A stretch of 64,000 nucleotides of DNA. Origin: Gammaproteobacteria bacterium. Its GTDB lineage: Bacteria > Pseudomonadota > Gammaproteobacteria > JAKBBU01. The position numbers and the translations under genes were made by a program. Below the pieces are notes generated by a model, which saw only the letters and a list, made by a program, of their open reading frames with translations, had not been told where the DNA came from and made no database searches. The DNA lies in contig JAJFKN010000020.1 in assembly GCA_021773195.1 (NCBI GenBank), positions 7,570-71,569 on the forward strand. The letters run 5' to 3'. Positions within the stretch are counted from its first letter, which is position 1; each line of letters begins with the position of its first letter. Positions 49,031 to 59,565 of the stretch are shown piece after piece.

Positions 49031-49327
49031 GTGTTATGCTTGGAAGCAATACGAGGTTTTAAATGTGCTGAAACAGGCTTGATTTGCGAAGGCACAGTTT
49101 CCCGTCACCTGCCGCGCGCGATACAGCAAGTGGCCCGGCGAAAACTGCGTATGCTGAATAATGCTAACTGTTTGCAAGATCTTAGAATTCCACCCAATAA
49201 TCGTTTCGAGGCTCTCAGAGGCAAGCGTAAGGGCCAATACAGCATTCGTATTAATAAACAATGGCGGCTATGCTTCATTTGGAATAATGGGCTGGCCTAT
49301 GAAGTGGAAATGGTTGGTTACCACTAA
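49031..49327 (+). CDS. higB: HigB toxin (RelE/ParE superfamily)
   Basis: LRGKRKGQYSIRINKQWRLCF block. GTG start. Followed by higA after 17 bp. Confidence 0.75.
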   Translation: MLCLEAIRGFKCAETGLICEGTVSRHLPRAIQQVARRKLRMLNNANCLQDLRIPPNNRFEALRGKRKGQYSIRINKQWRLCFIWNNGLAYEVEMVGYH

Positions 49328-49344
49328 TAATCTGCGAGGTAGCT

Positions 49345-49653
49345 GTGATGACAAAGTTAAAAAATGTTCATCCAGGTGAAATATTATTGGAAGAATTCCT
49401 TTTACCCATGGATATTAGCCAGAATAGGCTAGCTCGCGATATGTTTGTGCCGCCCCGTCGTATTAACGAAATTGTTCACGCCATGCGGGCGGTGACGGCA
49501 GATACGGACCTTAGATTGTCTCGGGCATTGGGCGCTTCCGAAGGGTTTTGGCTGGGATTGCAAAATGATTATGATTTGGAAAATAAAAAGCATGAAATTA
49601 GTAAGCAATTAAATTGCATCGGCAATTTGGCACTTAAAGATGACTTCGAATGA
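49345..49653 (+). CDS. higA: HigA antitoxin (XRE HTH)
   Basis: HPGEILLEEFL...ISQNRLARDMFVPPRRINEIVHAMRAVTADTDLRLSRAL is the HigA/VapI antidote pattern. Confidence 0.75.
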   Translation: MMTKLKNVHPGEILLEEFLLPMDISQNRLARDMFVPPRRINEIVHAMRAVTADTDLRLSRALGASEGFWLGLQNDYDLENKKHEISKQLNCIGNLALKDDFE

Positions 49654-49676
49654 TAAACTTCAAACTTATGGCTGCG

Positions 49677-49701
49677 GCCACTATTGCAACAAATAGTGGC
49701 A
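49677..49701. terminator. perfect 9-bp-stem hairpin GCCACTATTgcaacaaAATAGTGGC between convergent higA and DUF4282 genes
   Basis: Read directly. Lacks a clear U-tract on either strand. Confidence 0.35.
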
Positions 49702-49736
49702 ATGACATGAATCATGCGAATATAACTGGTTATTAA

Positions 49737-49976
49737 TTAACTTTTATTACTGATATCCGTTAGGGTTTCATTCATGCGGAAGAACAAAATAACCAATTCA
49801 CAGATAATTCTTATTAAAATAGGCCCTAAGATAATAGTTTGTAATCCTTTGAGGAGACCATGGCCTGATGCCATGTAAACAATGCCTGATAGGACGCAGA
49901 CCACAAGGCCTACCCAAAAAATGACTTGAATGAGCATGGGGGTGAGCATTCGGCGGAAAGTGAGGAAGTCACGCAT
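49737..49976 (-). CDS. DUF4282-family small membrane protein
   Basis: MRDFLTFRRMLTPMLIQVIFWVG... plus two TM helices matches DUF4282 architecture. Confidence 0.5.
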   Translation of the reverse strand: MRDFLTFRRMLTPMLIQVIFWVGLVVCVLSGIVYMASGHGLLKGLQTIILGPILIRIICELVILFFRMNETLTDISNKS

Positions 49977-50090
49977 AGCAAGGGTCTCCATGGGGTTAAG
50001 CAAATATTACACAGCCTTGAGGATGAAATTTTTCCATGGGCTGGCAATTGACGTATTATACTCATAAATGATTCCTGGGAGGGGCGTTCA

Positions 50091-51392
50091 ATGCAAAATT
50101 GGGAAAAAAGCGTGGTGCCACATTTGGCCACGGCCATGTCGGGCCCCTTGGCGGACTTGGAGCGGCATCTATTACTGCAGCAAGTATCTATCGAAGCATG
50201 GTTCCGTCAGCAATGGTTGTTAACACCGCCGGCATTTACTGCATCGGTGGATTTGCGCAATGCGGGTTTTAAATTAGCGCCCGTGGATACCAACTTATTC
50301 CCCGCAGGTTTTAATAATTTGCCGGAATCCTTTATGCCCCTGTGTGTGCATGCCACTCAATCGTATTTTTCTTTACATTATCCCAATGCACACAATATTA
50401 TTTTAGTGCCAGAGCGTCACACGAGAAATATTCATTATTTTGTGAGTTTAGCTAAGTTGCGTAATATTCTTCAAGCTTCGGGTCTTGAGGTGCGTATTGG
50501 TACGTTATTGGAAACCATCACAAAGCCCGAGAGTTTTGATTTGCCTTCAGGCGATAGTTTAACCTTGGAGCCCTTAACCCGACACGATAATAGATTAAGT
50601 TGCGGGGATTTTGTCGCTGATGTGGTGCTATTAAATAATGATCTCTCGGAAGGTAAGCCCGATATTTTATTGGATTTGCAACAAGACATCGTGCCACCTT
50701 TGGGTATGGGTTGGTATCAACGTTTAAAATCACAGCATTTCACTCATTACCAACAGATTTGTGATGAATTCTCGGAGATCTTAGGTTTGGATTCTTGGTG
50801 CTTACACCCTTTGTTTCGTAATTGCGGTGACGTAGATTTCATGAGTCGTGAAGGTGAAGATTGCCTGGAGTATAATGCAGATTTATTGTTGAAAACCATT
50901 CAACGCAAGTACGATGCCTTCGGCATTAAAGAAAAACCATTTGTGATAGTCAAAGCCGACGCGGGCACCTATGGCATGGGGGTGATGACCTTGCGTTCGC
51001 CTGAAGAAATTAAACAATTAAATCGTAAGCAACGTACGCGTATGATGAAAAGCAAAGGCGCGCAACCCATTACACAGATTCTTGTGCAAGAAGGGGTTTA
51101 CACGTTTGAGACCGTAGGCGATGAAAAATCCGTCGCAGAACCTGTGGTCTATATGCTAGGGCAACATGTGGTGGGTGGCTTTTATCGCGTGCACACCAAT
51201 CGAGGCATAGATGAAAATCTCAATGCCCCAGGTATGCATTTTGAACCTTTAGCTTTTGCCTCTGCCTGTGCTTATGCTAAACCTGACTGTGCACCTAAAG
51301 ATTGCACTAATCGTTTTTATGCCTATGGCGTGGTGGCTCGGCTGGCTTTGCTGGCCGCAGCTCGAGAGAAGTCCCAATTGTTGGAGTCTTAA
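50091..51392 (+). CDS. gshA: glutamate--cysteine ligase (short, Acidithiobacillus-ferrooxidans-type family)
   Basis: 433 aa immediately upstream of gshB with 1-bp spacing. Unrelated in sequence to E. coli GshA. Assignment rests on size, operon context and my recollection of the ~400-aa GshA family. Moderate confidence. Confidence 0.55.
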   Translation: MQNWEKSVVPHLATAMSGPLADLERHLLLQQVSIEAWFRQQWLLTPPAFTASVDLRNAGFKLAPVDTNLFPAGFNNLPESFMPLCVHATQSYFSLHYPNAHNIILVPERHTRNIHYFVSLAKLRNILQASGLEVRIGTLLETITKPESFDLPSGDSLTLEPLTRHDNRLSCGDFVADVVLLNNDLSEGKPDILLDLQQDIVPPLGMGWYQRLKSQHFTHYQQICDEFSEILGLDSWCLHPLFRNCGDVDFMSREGEDCLEYNADLLLKTIQRKYDAFGIKEKPFVIVKADAGTYGMGVMTLRSPEEIKQLNRKQRTRMMKSKGAQPITQILVQEGVYTFETVGDEKSVAEPVVYMLGQHVVGGFYRVHTNRGIDENLNAPGMHFEPLAFASACAYAKPDCAPKDCTNRFYAYGVVARLALLAAAREKSQLLES

Positions 51393-51393
51393 A

Positions 51394-52353
51394 ATGTCCT
51401 ATAAATTAGGGGTTATTATGGACCCCATTGAAACCATAAAGCCGCATAAAGACAGCACCTTTGCCATGCTGCTGGCAGCACAAAAGCAAAATATCGAATT
51501 ATTTTATATGACCCAAGCCGATGTGTTTTTACAAGAGGGCATGGTGTATGGTGATATGAAAAAAATAACAGTAACAGATCAAGACGCAGATTATTATAAA
51601 ATCGAAAGCTCTCTTACTCGGCCTTTGTCGGAGTTAAATATTATATTAATGCGTAAGGACCCTCCCTTTGATGTGGAATATATTTATACGACACACTTAT
51701 TGGATTTGGTTGCAAAGACAGATTGTCTAGTTCTCAATGACCCACAAGCATTGCGTGACGCCAATGAAAAGCTCTATACAGCATGGTTCCCTCAATGTTG
51801 CCCTGCCACATTGGTTACACGTAGCCACGTTCGACTCAATGAATTTATCGACAAACATAAAGATACAGTATTAAAACCCTTGGAAGGCATGGGCGGTTTT
51901 TCAGTTTTTCGGGTACAAAAAGAAGATGTCAATCGTTCTGTTATTCTAGAATTACTGACACAGCAAGAACAGCGTTACATTATGGCTCAAGTTTACATTC
52001 CCGAAATAAGCGAAGGGGATAAACGTATCTTATTAATTGATGGCGAACCCATTCCCTATGCCTTAGCTCGCATTCCAAAAGAAGGCGAATTACGCGGTAA
52101 TTTGGCCGCAGGCGGTAAAGGGGTTGGTATGCCTTTAACAGAAAGGGACCATTGGATTTGCCAACAGGTGGGCCCAACCCTAAAAAAGAAGGGTTTGATG
52201 TTCGTCGGCTTAGATATCATCGGAGATTACCTCACAGAAATCAATGTGACGAGCCCCACCTGCATTCGGGAATTAGATAATCTCTATAATTTAGACATTG
52301 CCGGGCAATTCATTGAGCGAATTCTTCAACGTTTGAGTCAGAAAACGCAGTAA
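51394..52353 (+). CDS. gshB: glutathione synthetase (prokaryotic ATP-grasp)
   Basis: MSYKLGVIMDPIETIKPHKDSTFAMLLAAQ N-terminus and ATP-grasp C-terminus. ORF track start at 51256 is an overlap artefact. ATG at 51394 follows the gshA stop. Confidence 0.9.
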   Translation: MSYKLGVIMDPIETIKPHKDSTFAMLLAAQKQNIELFYMTQADVFLQEGMVYGDMKKITVTDQDADYYKIESSLTRPLSELNIILMRKDPPFDVEYIYTTHLLDLVAKTDCLVLNDPQALRDANEKLYTAWFPQCCPATLVTRSHVRLNEFIDKHKDTVLKPLEGMGGFSVFRVQKEDVNRSVILELLTQQEQRYIMAQVYIPEISEGDKRILLIDGEPIPYALARIPKEGELRGNLAAGGKGVGMPLTERDHWICQQVGPTLKKKGLMFVGLDIIGDYLTEINVTSPTCIRELDNLYNLDIAGQFIERILQRLSQKTQ

Positions 52354-52687
52354 TACAAGTGTAATCTAGCAAAGCCACAAGCGCAAAAGCCCAGATCAGC
52401 GTGCGCGATATCGCAAAAGGCTGCCATTAAATTGACACAAATGTACGCAGTTCTTAGCGCGCTTTGTGAAGTTAATGATCTATAAGCCTGATAAATAGTT
52501 AAATTTTTTTTCTACCTAAGAAACTACTTTAACATCGTCAATTGTTTGGGATTTTTTGCCGCTTGTGTTGGGAAAATAAATCAGTAAGCTAATGCTCACG
52601 CTTAGGATGAGTGCAATGGATTAGACCTTAAGGATTGGGGTCGGCAAGGACGTCTAACATGGACGTGAACGGTAGCATGGAGGCTGG

Positions 52688-52713
52688 GCAAGCCCTGGAG
52701 GGTGGGATTTATT
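52688..52713 (+). terminator. strong hairpin GGAGGGTGGgatttattCCACCCTCC followed by TTTATAT in a 540-bp noncoding region
   Basis: 9-bp perfect stem read directly, with T-rich tail on the plus strand. Lies 335 bp downstream of gshB, so it may terminate an unannotated small transcript. Confidence 0.4.
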
Positions 52714-52896
52714 CCACCCTCCTTTATATGGGCGGCTTCCACTTTTGCTCTATAACTTCGTTACAATTCAGCTCACAATGCTCATGTATTTCATATACAT
52801 TGCGCTTGCTCGCTGAATTCTGTCTTGTTCTAGAGAAAAATTGAAAGCCGCTCTGGTTGATTGTCACTTTTTCTCTATAACTTCGTTATCATTCTT

Positions 52897-53430
52897 TTAA
52901 TTTTTATGCCAGCGTCCGCCGCGAATCATTTGGTAGATTGTCATTACTGCGAATAACGCAAAGAATAGCAATAACCAGCCTGCCATACTTAAACCCCATA
53001 ATGACCAGTGCACGATGTCGCATTCACCTGAACCGTGTAATACCAGTTTTAATGTTTCATTGAGGGGGAGGTTACTCAACATGTAATACAAACCTGCACC
53101 ACAGGAAGAAACCGTTTCATGGGGGAAGCTCTGCAGCCATACTTGGCGGGCTGATACGGAAGCACCTAATAGAATTGCCACTAGTATAATAATGCCATAA
53201 ACATAAACGCCACGTCCTTTGGGATTATGTATAGCCGCCATCAGCATTAACAAACCTACTACGATGACGGATAAGCGTTGTAAAATGCACAGAGGACAAG
53301 GTTGCATCTGCATGACGAATTCAAAATACAAGCTGACCAAAAATAATACTAGGCAAGTCAAAAAGCCTATTCCGTAGATAATCCTAGGGGATGAAAGACT
53401 TGTGTATTGGTGTTTCGAATGCTCATTCAT
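52897..53430 (-). CDS. dsbB: disulfide bond formation protein B
   Basis: 4 TM. Periplasmic Cys pairs (MQPCPLCILQR and CGAG...SGEC). Confidence 0.85.
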   Translation of the reverse strand: MNEHSKHQYTSLSSPRIIYGIGFLTCLVLFLVSLYFEFVMQMQPCPLCILQRLSVIVVGLLMLMAAIHNPKGRGVYVYGIIILVAILLGASVSARQVWLQSFPHETVSSCGAGLYYMLSNLPLNETLKLVLHGSGECDIVHWSLWGLSMAGWLLLFFALFAVMTIYQMIRGGRWHKN

Positions 53431-53504
53431 TTGTAGAAATCCCTTACCATTAATGCAATAATGCTTCCGCTCGTAATATTATAACTCATTCAAAGGAGAA
53501 AAGA

Positions 53505-54050
53505 ATGCTTAAAAAATTACACTTAAGTGCGGCTCTGGCTTTAGCAATAGGCTCTCTCGGTTTTGCTACGACTCTTGAAGCTGCAGCGCCTGCTCAGCTT
53601 AATCCCTACAAAGGTTTCTATGCCGGTGGTCAAATTGGCTTAGGCGATCGCGACAAAGGTTCCGGTGACTTCTTCCCTTTCACTTCTTCCTACAAAGAAG
53701 GCGGTGTTGCATTGAAAGGCTTGGCAGGCTATCAATTCAATCGTTACTTAGCGGTAGAGGGTGATTATATGTATATGTCTAAAGACTTTTTCAAGAATTA
53801 CCAAAACAATACGGACTTAGCTGTAAAAGGCATGTTGCCGTTATCGGCTAAAAGCGATGTTTTTGTGAAAGGCGGTATGGGTTGGATCAATCAAGGTGGT
53901 ACTAATGGTTTCCAACCGCTTTACGGATTGGGTTATGATCATTACCTCTCACCCAAAGTGTCTACTACCATAGAGTATGATCGTTTCATTGGTGGCGGTT
54001 CACGCACCGATAGTAACTTTTTAGGTTTCGGAATGGCTTATCATTTCTAA
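53505..54050 (+). CDS. small outer-membrane beta-barrel protein (OmpA-like TM domain / porin family)
   Basis: Signal peptide, alternating-hydrophobic beta strands, C-terminal ...GFGMAYHF ending in Phe. Confidence 0.65.
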   Translation: MLKKLHLSAALALAIGSLGFATTLEAAAPAQLNPYKGFYAGGQIGLGDRDKGSGDFFPFTSSYKEGGVALKGLAGYQFNRYLAVEGDYMYMSKDFFKNYQNNTDLAVKGMLPLSAKSDVFVKGGMGWINQGGTNGFQPLYGLGYDHYLSPKVSTTIEYDRFIGGGSRTDSNFLGFGMAYHF

Positions 54051-54070
54051 ATTTGAATAAATTCGTGTGG

Positions 54071-55024
54071 CTATCTGCCTAAACACATAGCCATGATAGC
54101 CATGCGAGTTGCTATGCCATAGTTCACTTGTTGCAAGATCACCGATTGAGGCCCATCGGCCACGTCACTAGCAATTTCCACGCCACGATTCATAGGGCCA
54201 GGATGCATAACCATGGCATCGGGTTTGGCTAAAGCCAAACGTGCTTGAGAAAGCCCAAAGCGATGATAAAATTCACTGTCGTTGGGAATCAATGCCTGTT
54301 GCATGCGTTCTTTTTGCAGGCGTAAAGTCATTATCACATCGACACCGCTAATGCCTTCTTCCATATTATCAAAGGGGGTAACGCCCAAACTATCGCAATC
54401 TTTGGGTAGCAACGTTGTGGGTGCAATGATGCGAATTTCTTTTGTGCCGAGGGTTCGTAGTGCATGAATGTCTGAACGGGCGACACGTGAATGTAAAAGA
54501 TCACCCACAATAGCTACACGGAGTTTACTAAAGTCCCCTTTGTTATGACGGATGGTTAACATATCCAACATGGCTTGAGTGGGATGTGCGCGACAACCAT
54601 CACCGGCATTTAATACATGCACATGACTTTCCACATTGCGGGCTATATGATCGACCGCACCTACTTCGCTGTGACGTACGACAAATAAATCACCACCCAT
54701 GGCTTGTAAATTGCGCACGGTATCCAGCATGGTTTCCCCTTTGCAAGAGGCCGATGTTTTAATATCGAGATTTAATGCATGGGCGCCTAAACGTTTTTCA
54801 GCTAATTCAAAACTGCAACGGGTGCGCGTGCTGGATTCATAGAAAAGATTAACAATAGTAAAGTCAGTTAACGGGTGCTTGGTTTGGTGGGGATTTAAAA
54901 ATCCATCAGCACGGTCCATGATGGCGACTAATTGGTCACGAGTTAAACCTTCAATACTCAAAAAATGGCGTAATGTGCCGTCTTCATTTAATTGCAGACT
55001 GTTGGGTCCCACTTGAAAATTCAT
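54071..55024 (-). CDS. pyrB: aspartate carbamoyltransferase catalytic subunit
   Basis: STRTR, HPTQ and HPGP carbamoyltransferase motifs ([30 protein letters not shown]). Confidence 0.9.
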   Translation of the reverse strand: MNFQVGPNSLQLNEDGTLRHFLSIEGLTRDQLVAIMDRADGFLNPHQTKHPLTDFTIVNLFYESSTRTRCSFELAEKRLGAHALNLDIKTSASCKGETMLDTVRNLQAMGGDLFVVRHSEVGAVDHIARNVESHVHVLNAGDGCRAHPTQAMLDMLTIRHNKGDFSKLRVAIVGDLLHSRVARSDIHALRTLGTKEIRIIAPTTLLPKDCDSLGVTPFDNMEEGISGVDVIMTLRLQKERMQQALIPNDSEFYHRFGLSQARLALAKPDAMVMHPGPMNRGVEIASDVADGPQSVILQQVNYGIATRMAIMAMCLGR

Positions 55025-55461
55025 TGATGCTCCTGAAACCAGCTTTCTAGTATGATTTTGGCGGATATGCCGTGAATTTTATCACGATTTTTATGTAGGT
55101 AGGAGCCTTTTTCTTTCATCTGCATTTTTGCTTCAAAGCTAGACAGCCGTTCATCCATTAAAAACACCAGGATGTGGTAGCGCTCTTGGCATTTTCTTGC
55201 GAAGGCTTTTACGTGGGGGGTTAGCTTGGAATCCGTATCATCCATGTTAAGGGGCAATCCTAGGACGATGGCATCGGGCTGCCATTCATGCATGACTTTG
55301 TCCAGCTCATCCCACAACTGGGGTGGCTGAGCATTAATGGTGGGCAAAGGATTTGCCGACAAGGTGATGGTTTGACCAATGGCTAAGCCTAAGTGGCGAG
55401 TGCCAAAGTCAATGCCCAATAAGCTGTTTAGTGTTTGTAAATGTTGTTCAGGCATGACCAA
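55021..55461 (-). CDS. ruvX: Holliday-junction resolvase-like RuvX/YqgF
   Basis: [17 protein letters not shown]-terminus. 146 aa. Overlaps pyrB start. Confidence 0.9.
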   Translation of the reverse strand: MVMPEQHLQTLNSLLGIDFGTRHLGLAIGQTITLSANPLPTINAQPPQLWDELDKVMHEWQPDAIVLGLPLNMDDTDSKLTPHVKAFARKCQERYHILVFLMDERLSSFEAKMQMKEKGSYLHKNRDKIHGISAKIILESWFQEHQ

Positions 55462-56011
55462 TATCTGTTGAAAGAGAATTTAAATCGAACCCCATGGCTT
55501 CAGCGGCCGCCTCATAACGATGGCTGAAATCCACATCAAATAAAACCTGTTGGGTCGCCGGACCATTAAGCCACATGTTGGCTGCTAATTCGCTTTCTAA
55601 TTGGCCGGCAGACCATCCTGAGTAACCTAAGGCAATTAAAGATTTATGAGGGCCTTCACCATCGGCTGTGGCTTCTAGAATATCTCGCGACGTGGTGATA
55701 GCTAAACCTTTTTCTGTACTCATGGTGGAATCCCAGCTTCCTTCTGGGGTATGTAAAATAAAAACTTGTTCTGGATTCACCGGGCCGCCCCATAGAATGG
55801 CTCGCGAATTGACCGTTGGATCGTCACATTCAATTTGGATGTGGCGCAAAATAGTGACAAAATGCAAATCCAAAGGGCGATTAATAATGACTCCCATGGC
55901 ACCCTGTTCATTATGTTCGCAGATATAAGTGACGGAGCGAGAAAAATTAGGATCGCTGATATTGGGCATAGCGAGTAAAAATTGATGCTTTAAGTATGTT
56001 TGGCTATTCAT
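55448..56011 (-). CDS. yqgE: YqgE/AlgH-family protein (UPF0301)
   Basis: LLAMPNISDPNFSRSVTYICEHNEQGAMGVIINRP block. Confidence 0.85.
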   Translation of the reverse strand: MNSQTYLKHQFLLAMPNISDPNFSRSVTYICEHNEQGAMGVIINRPLDLHFVTILRHIQIECDDPTVNSRAILWGGPVNPEQVFILHTPEGSWDSTMSTEKGLAITTSRDILEATADGEGPHKSLIALGYSGWSAGQLESELAANMWLNGPATQQVLFDVDFSHRYEAAAEAMGFDLNSLSTDIGHA

Positions 56012-56109
56012 ATAGTAAGTATGGTTTGTTAATATTCACGGGGCAAGGGGGGGACCCTTTGTCGAGGCTCCTTCCCAACGCCCCTATTGTACCATAACTG
56101 GCTGATTTT

Positions 56110-56979
56110 ATGAAAAATATTGATATCCTACAAACCTTTCTTTTCGAGAACACGCAAATTCGAGGCCAACTGGTTAAAATCAGTACCAGCTACCAGGAAG
56201 TATTGTCTCGCCATAGCTATCCTGAGCCTGTGGAATTGCTATTGGGTGAAACTCTTTGTGCCGCAACTTTGTTGAGCAATGCCATAAAGCAGGGTTCAGT
56301 TATTATGCAGGTGGAAGGTGATGGCCCTTTGAGCTTATTATTGGCCCATTGTGATCATGAACGAAAAATTCGTGGGCTGGCCAAATGGGACGATGAAATT
56401 CAGGGTTTGGATTTGCAGGCGAATATGGGCACCGCTCATTTGGGCATTACTGTTGACCCTGGCGTGGGCAAAGAACGTTATCAAGGTGTCGTGACCGTTA
56501 AACATGCTAAATTATCCCAAGCCATCGAAGAATATTTTACACAGTCTGAGCAGATAGCAACGAGAGCTTGGTTTACGGCCAACGGTACTCATGCTGCGGG
56601 TTTGTTATTACAACGTCTACCCAGCAGTGAATCCAAAGACGATCAGTATTGGCAGCATATCACGACTCTTGCTAGCACCATCACCAGTGAAGAGTTGTTA
56701 GGCTTAGATAATAAAACCCTATTGCATCGTTTATTCCACGAAGAAGATGTGAGATTATTTGAAGAGCAAGATGTTACATTCTATTGCAGTTGTTCTGCTG
56801 AACGTATGGAGCAAGCCTTAAAAATGTTAGACAAGGAAGAGTTGGTGGACCTTGCTAATCGCAAAGAAGTAGATGTGACCTGTGAGTTTTGCAATAAAAC
56901 CTATACCCTTGGGCAAACAGAATTGACCCGTATTGTCGCCGAAATCGATAGTTCTGCGGGGTCGTCTAGTATTCATTAA
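56110..56979 (+). CDS. hslO: redox-regulated chaperone Hsp33
   Basis: C-terminal zinc centre CSCS...CEFC (FYCSCSAERM...VTCEFCNKTY). 289 aa. Confidence 0.9.
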   Translation: MKNIDILQTFLFENTQIRGQLVKISTSYQEVLSRHSYPEPVELLLGETLCAATLLSNAIKQGSVIMQVEGDGPLSLLLAHCDHERKIRGLAKWDDEIQGLDLQANMGTAHLGITVDPGVGKERYQGVVTVKHAKLSQAIEEYFTQSEQIATRAWFTANGTHAAGLLLQRLPSSESKDDQYWQHITTLASTITSEELLGLDNKTLLHRLFHEEDVRLFEEQDVTFYCSCSAERMEQALKMLDKEELVDLANRKEVDVTCEFCNKTYTLGQTELTRIVAEIDSSAGSSSIH

Positions 56980-56989
56980 GGATGAAAAA

Positions 56990-58270
56990 ATGTTAGGACG
57001 ATTTTTCGCTAGAAATTTTATAAAAAAGAAACGCACATCACAAAAAAGCCAAGATGTACGTCGAGTTAATTTTTTATTATCCCATTATTCGCAAAAGATT
57101 GGTCGTAAGCGCAAACGCCCAATTTTTCGTGGCGAATCATTTCATACAAAAACTCGCTATAAACCCAAGGGCGTGAACGTTATCGGTAATGCTCTGCGTA
57201 TGTCGGGTTCATCCAAAGTGACGCGCGATGTGGCTATTGCTTTAGACAAATGTGATGTTAATACGGTTTTGTATAATTGGCGCGGAAAGAAGAAAGAAAA
57301 GCCCTCTGCCGATGTGGCGCATTTGCTCAGTGAAAAGGCACCTTACTGTGCGAATGTATTTGCTATCAATCATATTTTACAATTGGATACGTTGTATATT
57401 AACTCGGCTCCATTATTTCGTGGTCGTTACAATATTGGTTATGGCGCTTGGGAAGTTACCAAGTTTTACAAAAACCGTCTTTATTGCATGAATATTTACG
57501 ATGAACTGTGGGCCATTAGTCGCTATAACCAGCAGGTATTATCAGAGAGATCCATTTTGCCTGTAGTGCACATTCCAGAAGTGGTGGATTTTGAATTAGC
57601 ACGGACTTATAAGCGAGAAGATTTCGGGTTGCCCAAAGATGCCTTCATCTTTTGTTATATGTACGACCAGGGTAGTTACGATAGAAAAAACCCTTTGGCT
57701 TTAGTGCAAGCTTTTAAACGGGCATTTACGCCAGAAGATAATGCGTTTCTTTTATTAAAAACCTATGTGGCCGATGAGAGTGATCCGGGCATTAAAATTA
57801 TTCAGGAGGCCATAAAAGGTCGCAATGATATTCGTATTATGGGTTCAAAATTGCCTGAAGCAGATGTCTATGGTTTGTTGAGTGTTATTGATTGTTATGC
57901 TTCATTGCATCGCGCTGAGGGGTTTGGGCGACCTCCAGCGGAAGCCATGAAGCTCGGTAAACCCGTTGTTATAACAGGTTTTGGTGGCCCCTTAGATTAC
58001 GCCAATGAAAAAACAGCCTGTTTGGTGGACTTTAAAATGATTCCCGTAGAAAACCGCCTACAAACATTCATTGATTATGAAGAAGGTGCACAATATGCCG
58101 ATGCCGATGTTGACCATGCTGTAGAGTGTTTGCGCAAGGTGGCCAGTGATCATGATTATGCAAAAAGCATTGCAGCTCATGGCAAACAGTGGGTAGAGAC
58201 TCATCATAGTTACCAAGCGGCAGGTGATATTATGTGTGAGCGATTGCGTTTATTGGGGTTGTTAGATTAA
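56990..58270 (+). CDS. putative glycosyltransferase (GT-B, Glycos_transf_1-like C-terminal domain), paralogue 1
   Basis: C-terminal HRAEGFGRPPAEAMKLGKPVVITGFGG block typical of GT4/GT1 enzymes. Basic N-terminus. Start moved to the ATG at 56990 after the hslO stop. Confidence 0.55.
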   Translation: MLGRFFARNFIKKKRTSQKSQDVRRVNFLLSHYSQKIGRKRKRPIFRGESFHTKTRYKPKGVNVIGNALRMSGSSKVTRDVAIALDKCDVNTVLYNWRGKKKEKPSADVAHLLSEKAPYCANVFAINHILQLDTLYINSAPLFRGRYNIGYGAWEVTKFYKNRLYCMNIYDELWAISRYNQQVLSERSILPVVHIPEVVDFELARTYKREDFGLPKDAFIFCYMYDQGSYDRKNPLALVQAFKRAFTPEDNAFLLLKTYVADESDPGIKIIQEAIKGRNDIRIMGSKLPEADVYGLLSVIDCYASLHRAEGFGRPPAEAMKLGKPVVITGFGGPLDYANEKTACLVDFKMIPVENRLQTFIDYEEGAQYADADVDHAVECLRKVASDHDYAKSIAAHGKQWVETHHSYQAAGDIMCERLRLLGLLD

Positions 58271-58272
58271 TC

Positions 58273-59565
58273 ATGTTATTGCGTTTTTTTGCCAAAAATT
58301 ATCAGAAATTCATTCGAGGGAAAAAGGGACTTGGCGTCAGCCCTCTGCAACAACGGGCTAGCGACTATATTACCTATAGCAGCACACGAAATGCCGGTAA
58401 AAAACGCGGTTTCGTGCGTTTTGATGGTCAATCTTTTCAGACGGGGATTAAGGATTATAAGCCCGGCTGTAATATTATTGGTAGTGCATTAAGAGTCTCA
58501 GGTATATCTAAAGGGCTACGGGAAATGGCGGTGGCCATGGACAAAACCCAGATACCTTTTTCCACTTATAATTATCGACCTAAGAAAAATGATTTGCCTG
58601 CATCAGAATTGATTGGCCCAATGCAAAAAACATTGCCCTATAAAGCTAATATTCTCGTATTAAACGATAATATTCTCGTGCGTGAAGCGTTAGAACCCAA
58701 GGACAAATTTAAAAAACATTATAATATCGTTTACCCCGCTTGGGAGTATACGAAGCTTGCCTTTGACCGTATGTATTCTACAAATATCGCCCATGAATTT
58801 TGGACCATCAGCCGATTCAATCAAGAAGTTTATGCTCAGCAATCGGTGCAGCCAGTGATTCACATGCCTGAAGTGATAGAGCCCCGATTAACTCGAAGCT
58901 ATAGCCGCCGAGAATTTGGTCTGCCTGATTCAGCTTTTATTTTTTGTTTTATGTTCGATCACGAAGCTCATGATCGAAAGAACCCCATGGGTTTGATTCG
59001 AGCATTTCAAAAAGCCTTTACACCGACAGATAATGCTTATCTTGTATTAAAAACCCATAAAGGTAGCAAAGACGACCCTATTTTAAAACAATTACACGAA
59101 GCCATTAAACCTAACCAAAATATCCAGATTATATCTTGTATGTTACCCGATGAAGGGGTTTATGGCCTATTGAGCGTTATCGATTGCTATGTTTCATTGC
59201 ATCGCTCAGAAGGTTTTGGACGTACTTTGGTGGAAGCCATGAAGTTCGGAAAACCGCTTATAGCTACCAATTTTTCAGGTTCGACGGATTATGTCAATTC
59301 TAAGATCGCATGTCCGGTAGATTATAAGTTAATTGATTGTGATGACCCCGTCACCAATGCCATGCATGCTGTTGGCATGCAATATGCTGACCCCGATATA
59401 GATCATGCTATTCATTGCATGAAGAAAGTAGCTGCGGATAGCCATTATGCCAAAACCATTGCAGCAGCAGGCCAAGCCTTTGTGGACAAGCAATATAGCT
59501 ATGAGAATGTGGGGCGAATCATTCGTGAACGTTTAGAGTTGCTCGGTCTTATCCCTGAGCTTTAG
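58273..59565 (+). CDS. putative glycosyltransferase (GT-B), paralogue 2
   Basis: Collinear with paralogue 1 along its length (e.g. HRSEGFGRTLVEAMKFGKPLIATNFSG, LLSVIDCY, ADPDIDHA). 2-bp spacing after paralogue 1. Confidence 0.55.
   Translation: MLLRFFAKNYQKFIRGKKGLGVSPLQQRASDYITYSSTRNAGKKRGFVRFDGQSFQTGIKDYKPGCNIIGSALRVSGISKGLREMAVAMDKTQIPFSTYNYRPKKNDLPASELIGPMQKTLPYKANILVLNDNILVREALEPKDKFKKHYNIVYPAWEYTKLAFDRMYSTNIAHEFWTISRFNQEVYAQQSVQPVIHMPEVIEPRLTRSYSRREFGLPDSAFIFCFMFDHEAHDRKNPMGLIRAFQKAFTPTDNAYLVLKTHKGSKDDPILKQLHEAIKPNQNIQIISCMLPDEGVYGLLSVIDCYVSLHRSEGFGRTLVEAMKFGKPLIATNFSGSTDYVNSKIACPVDYKLIDCDDPVTNAMHAVGMQYADPDIDHAIHCMKKVAADSHYAKTIAAAGQAFVDKQYSYENVGRIIRERLELLGLIPEL

Noticed and set aside
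51256-51393. N-terminal 46-codon extension of gshB in the ORF track, overlapping the gshA 3' end
   Set aside because: The extension is hydrophobic nonsense relative to GshB homologues. The ATG at 51394 gives the canonical MSYKLGVIMDP start one base after the gshA stop.
52736-52888. loxP-like ATAACTTCGTTA core in two direct repeats
   Set aside because: Only 12 nt resemble a lox half-site and there is no inverted partner arm or spacer structure. Coincidental resemblance. Kept only as direct repeats in the noncoding-region finding.
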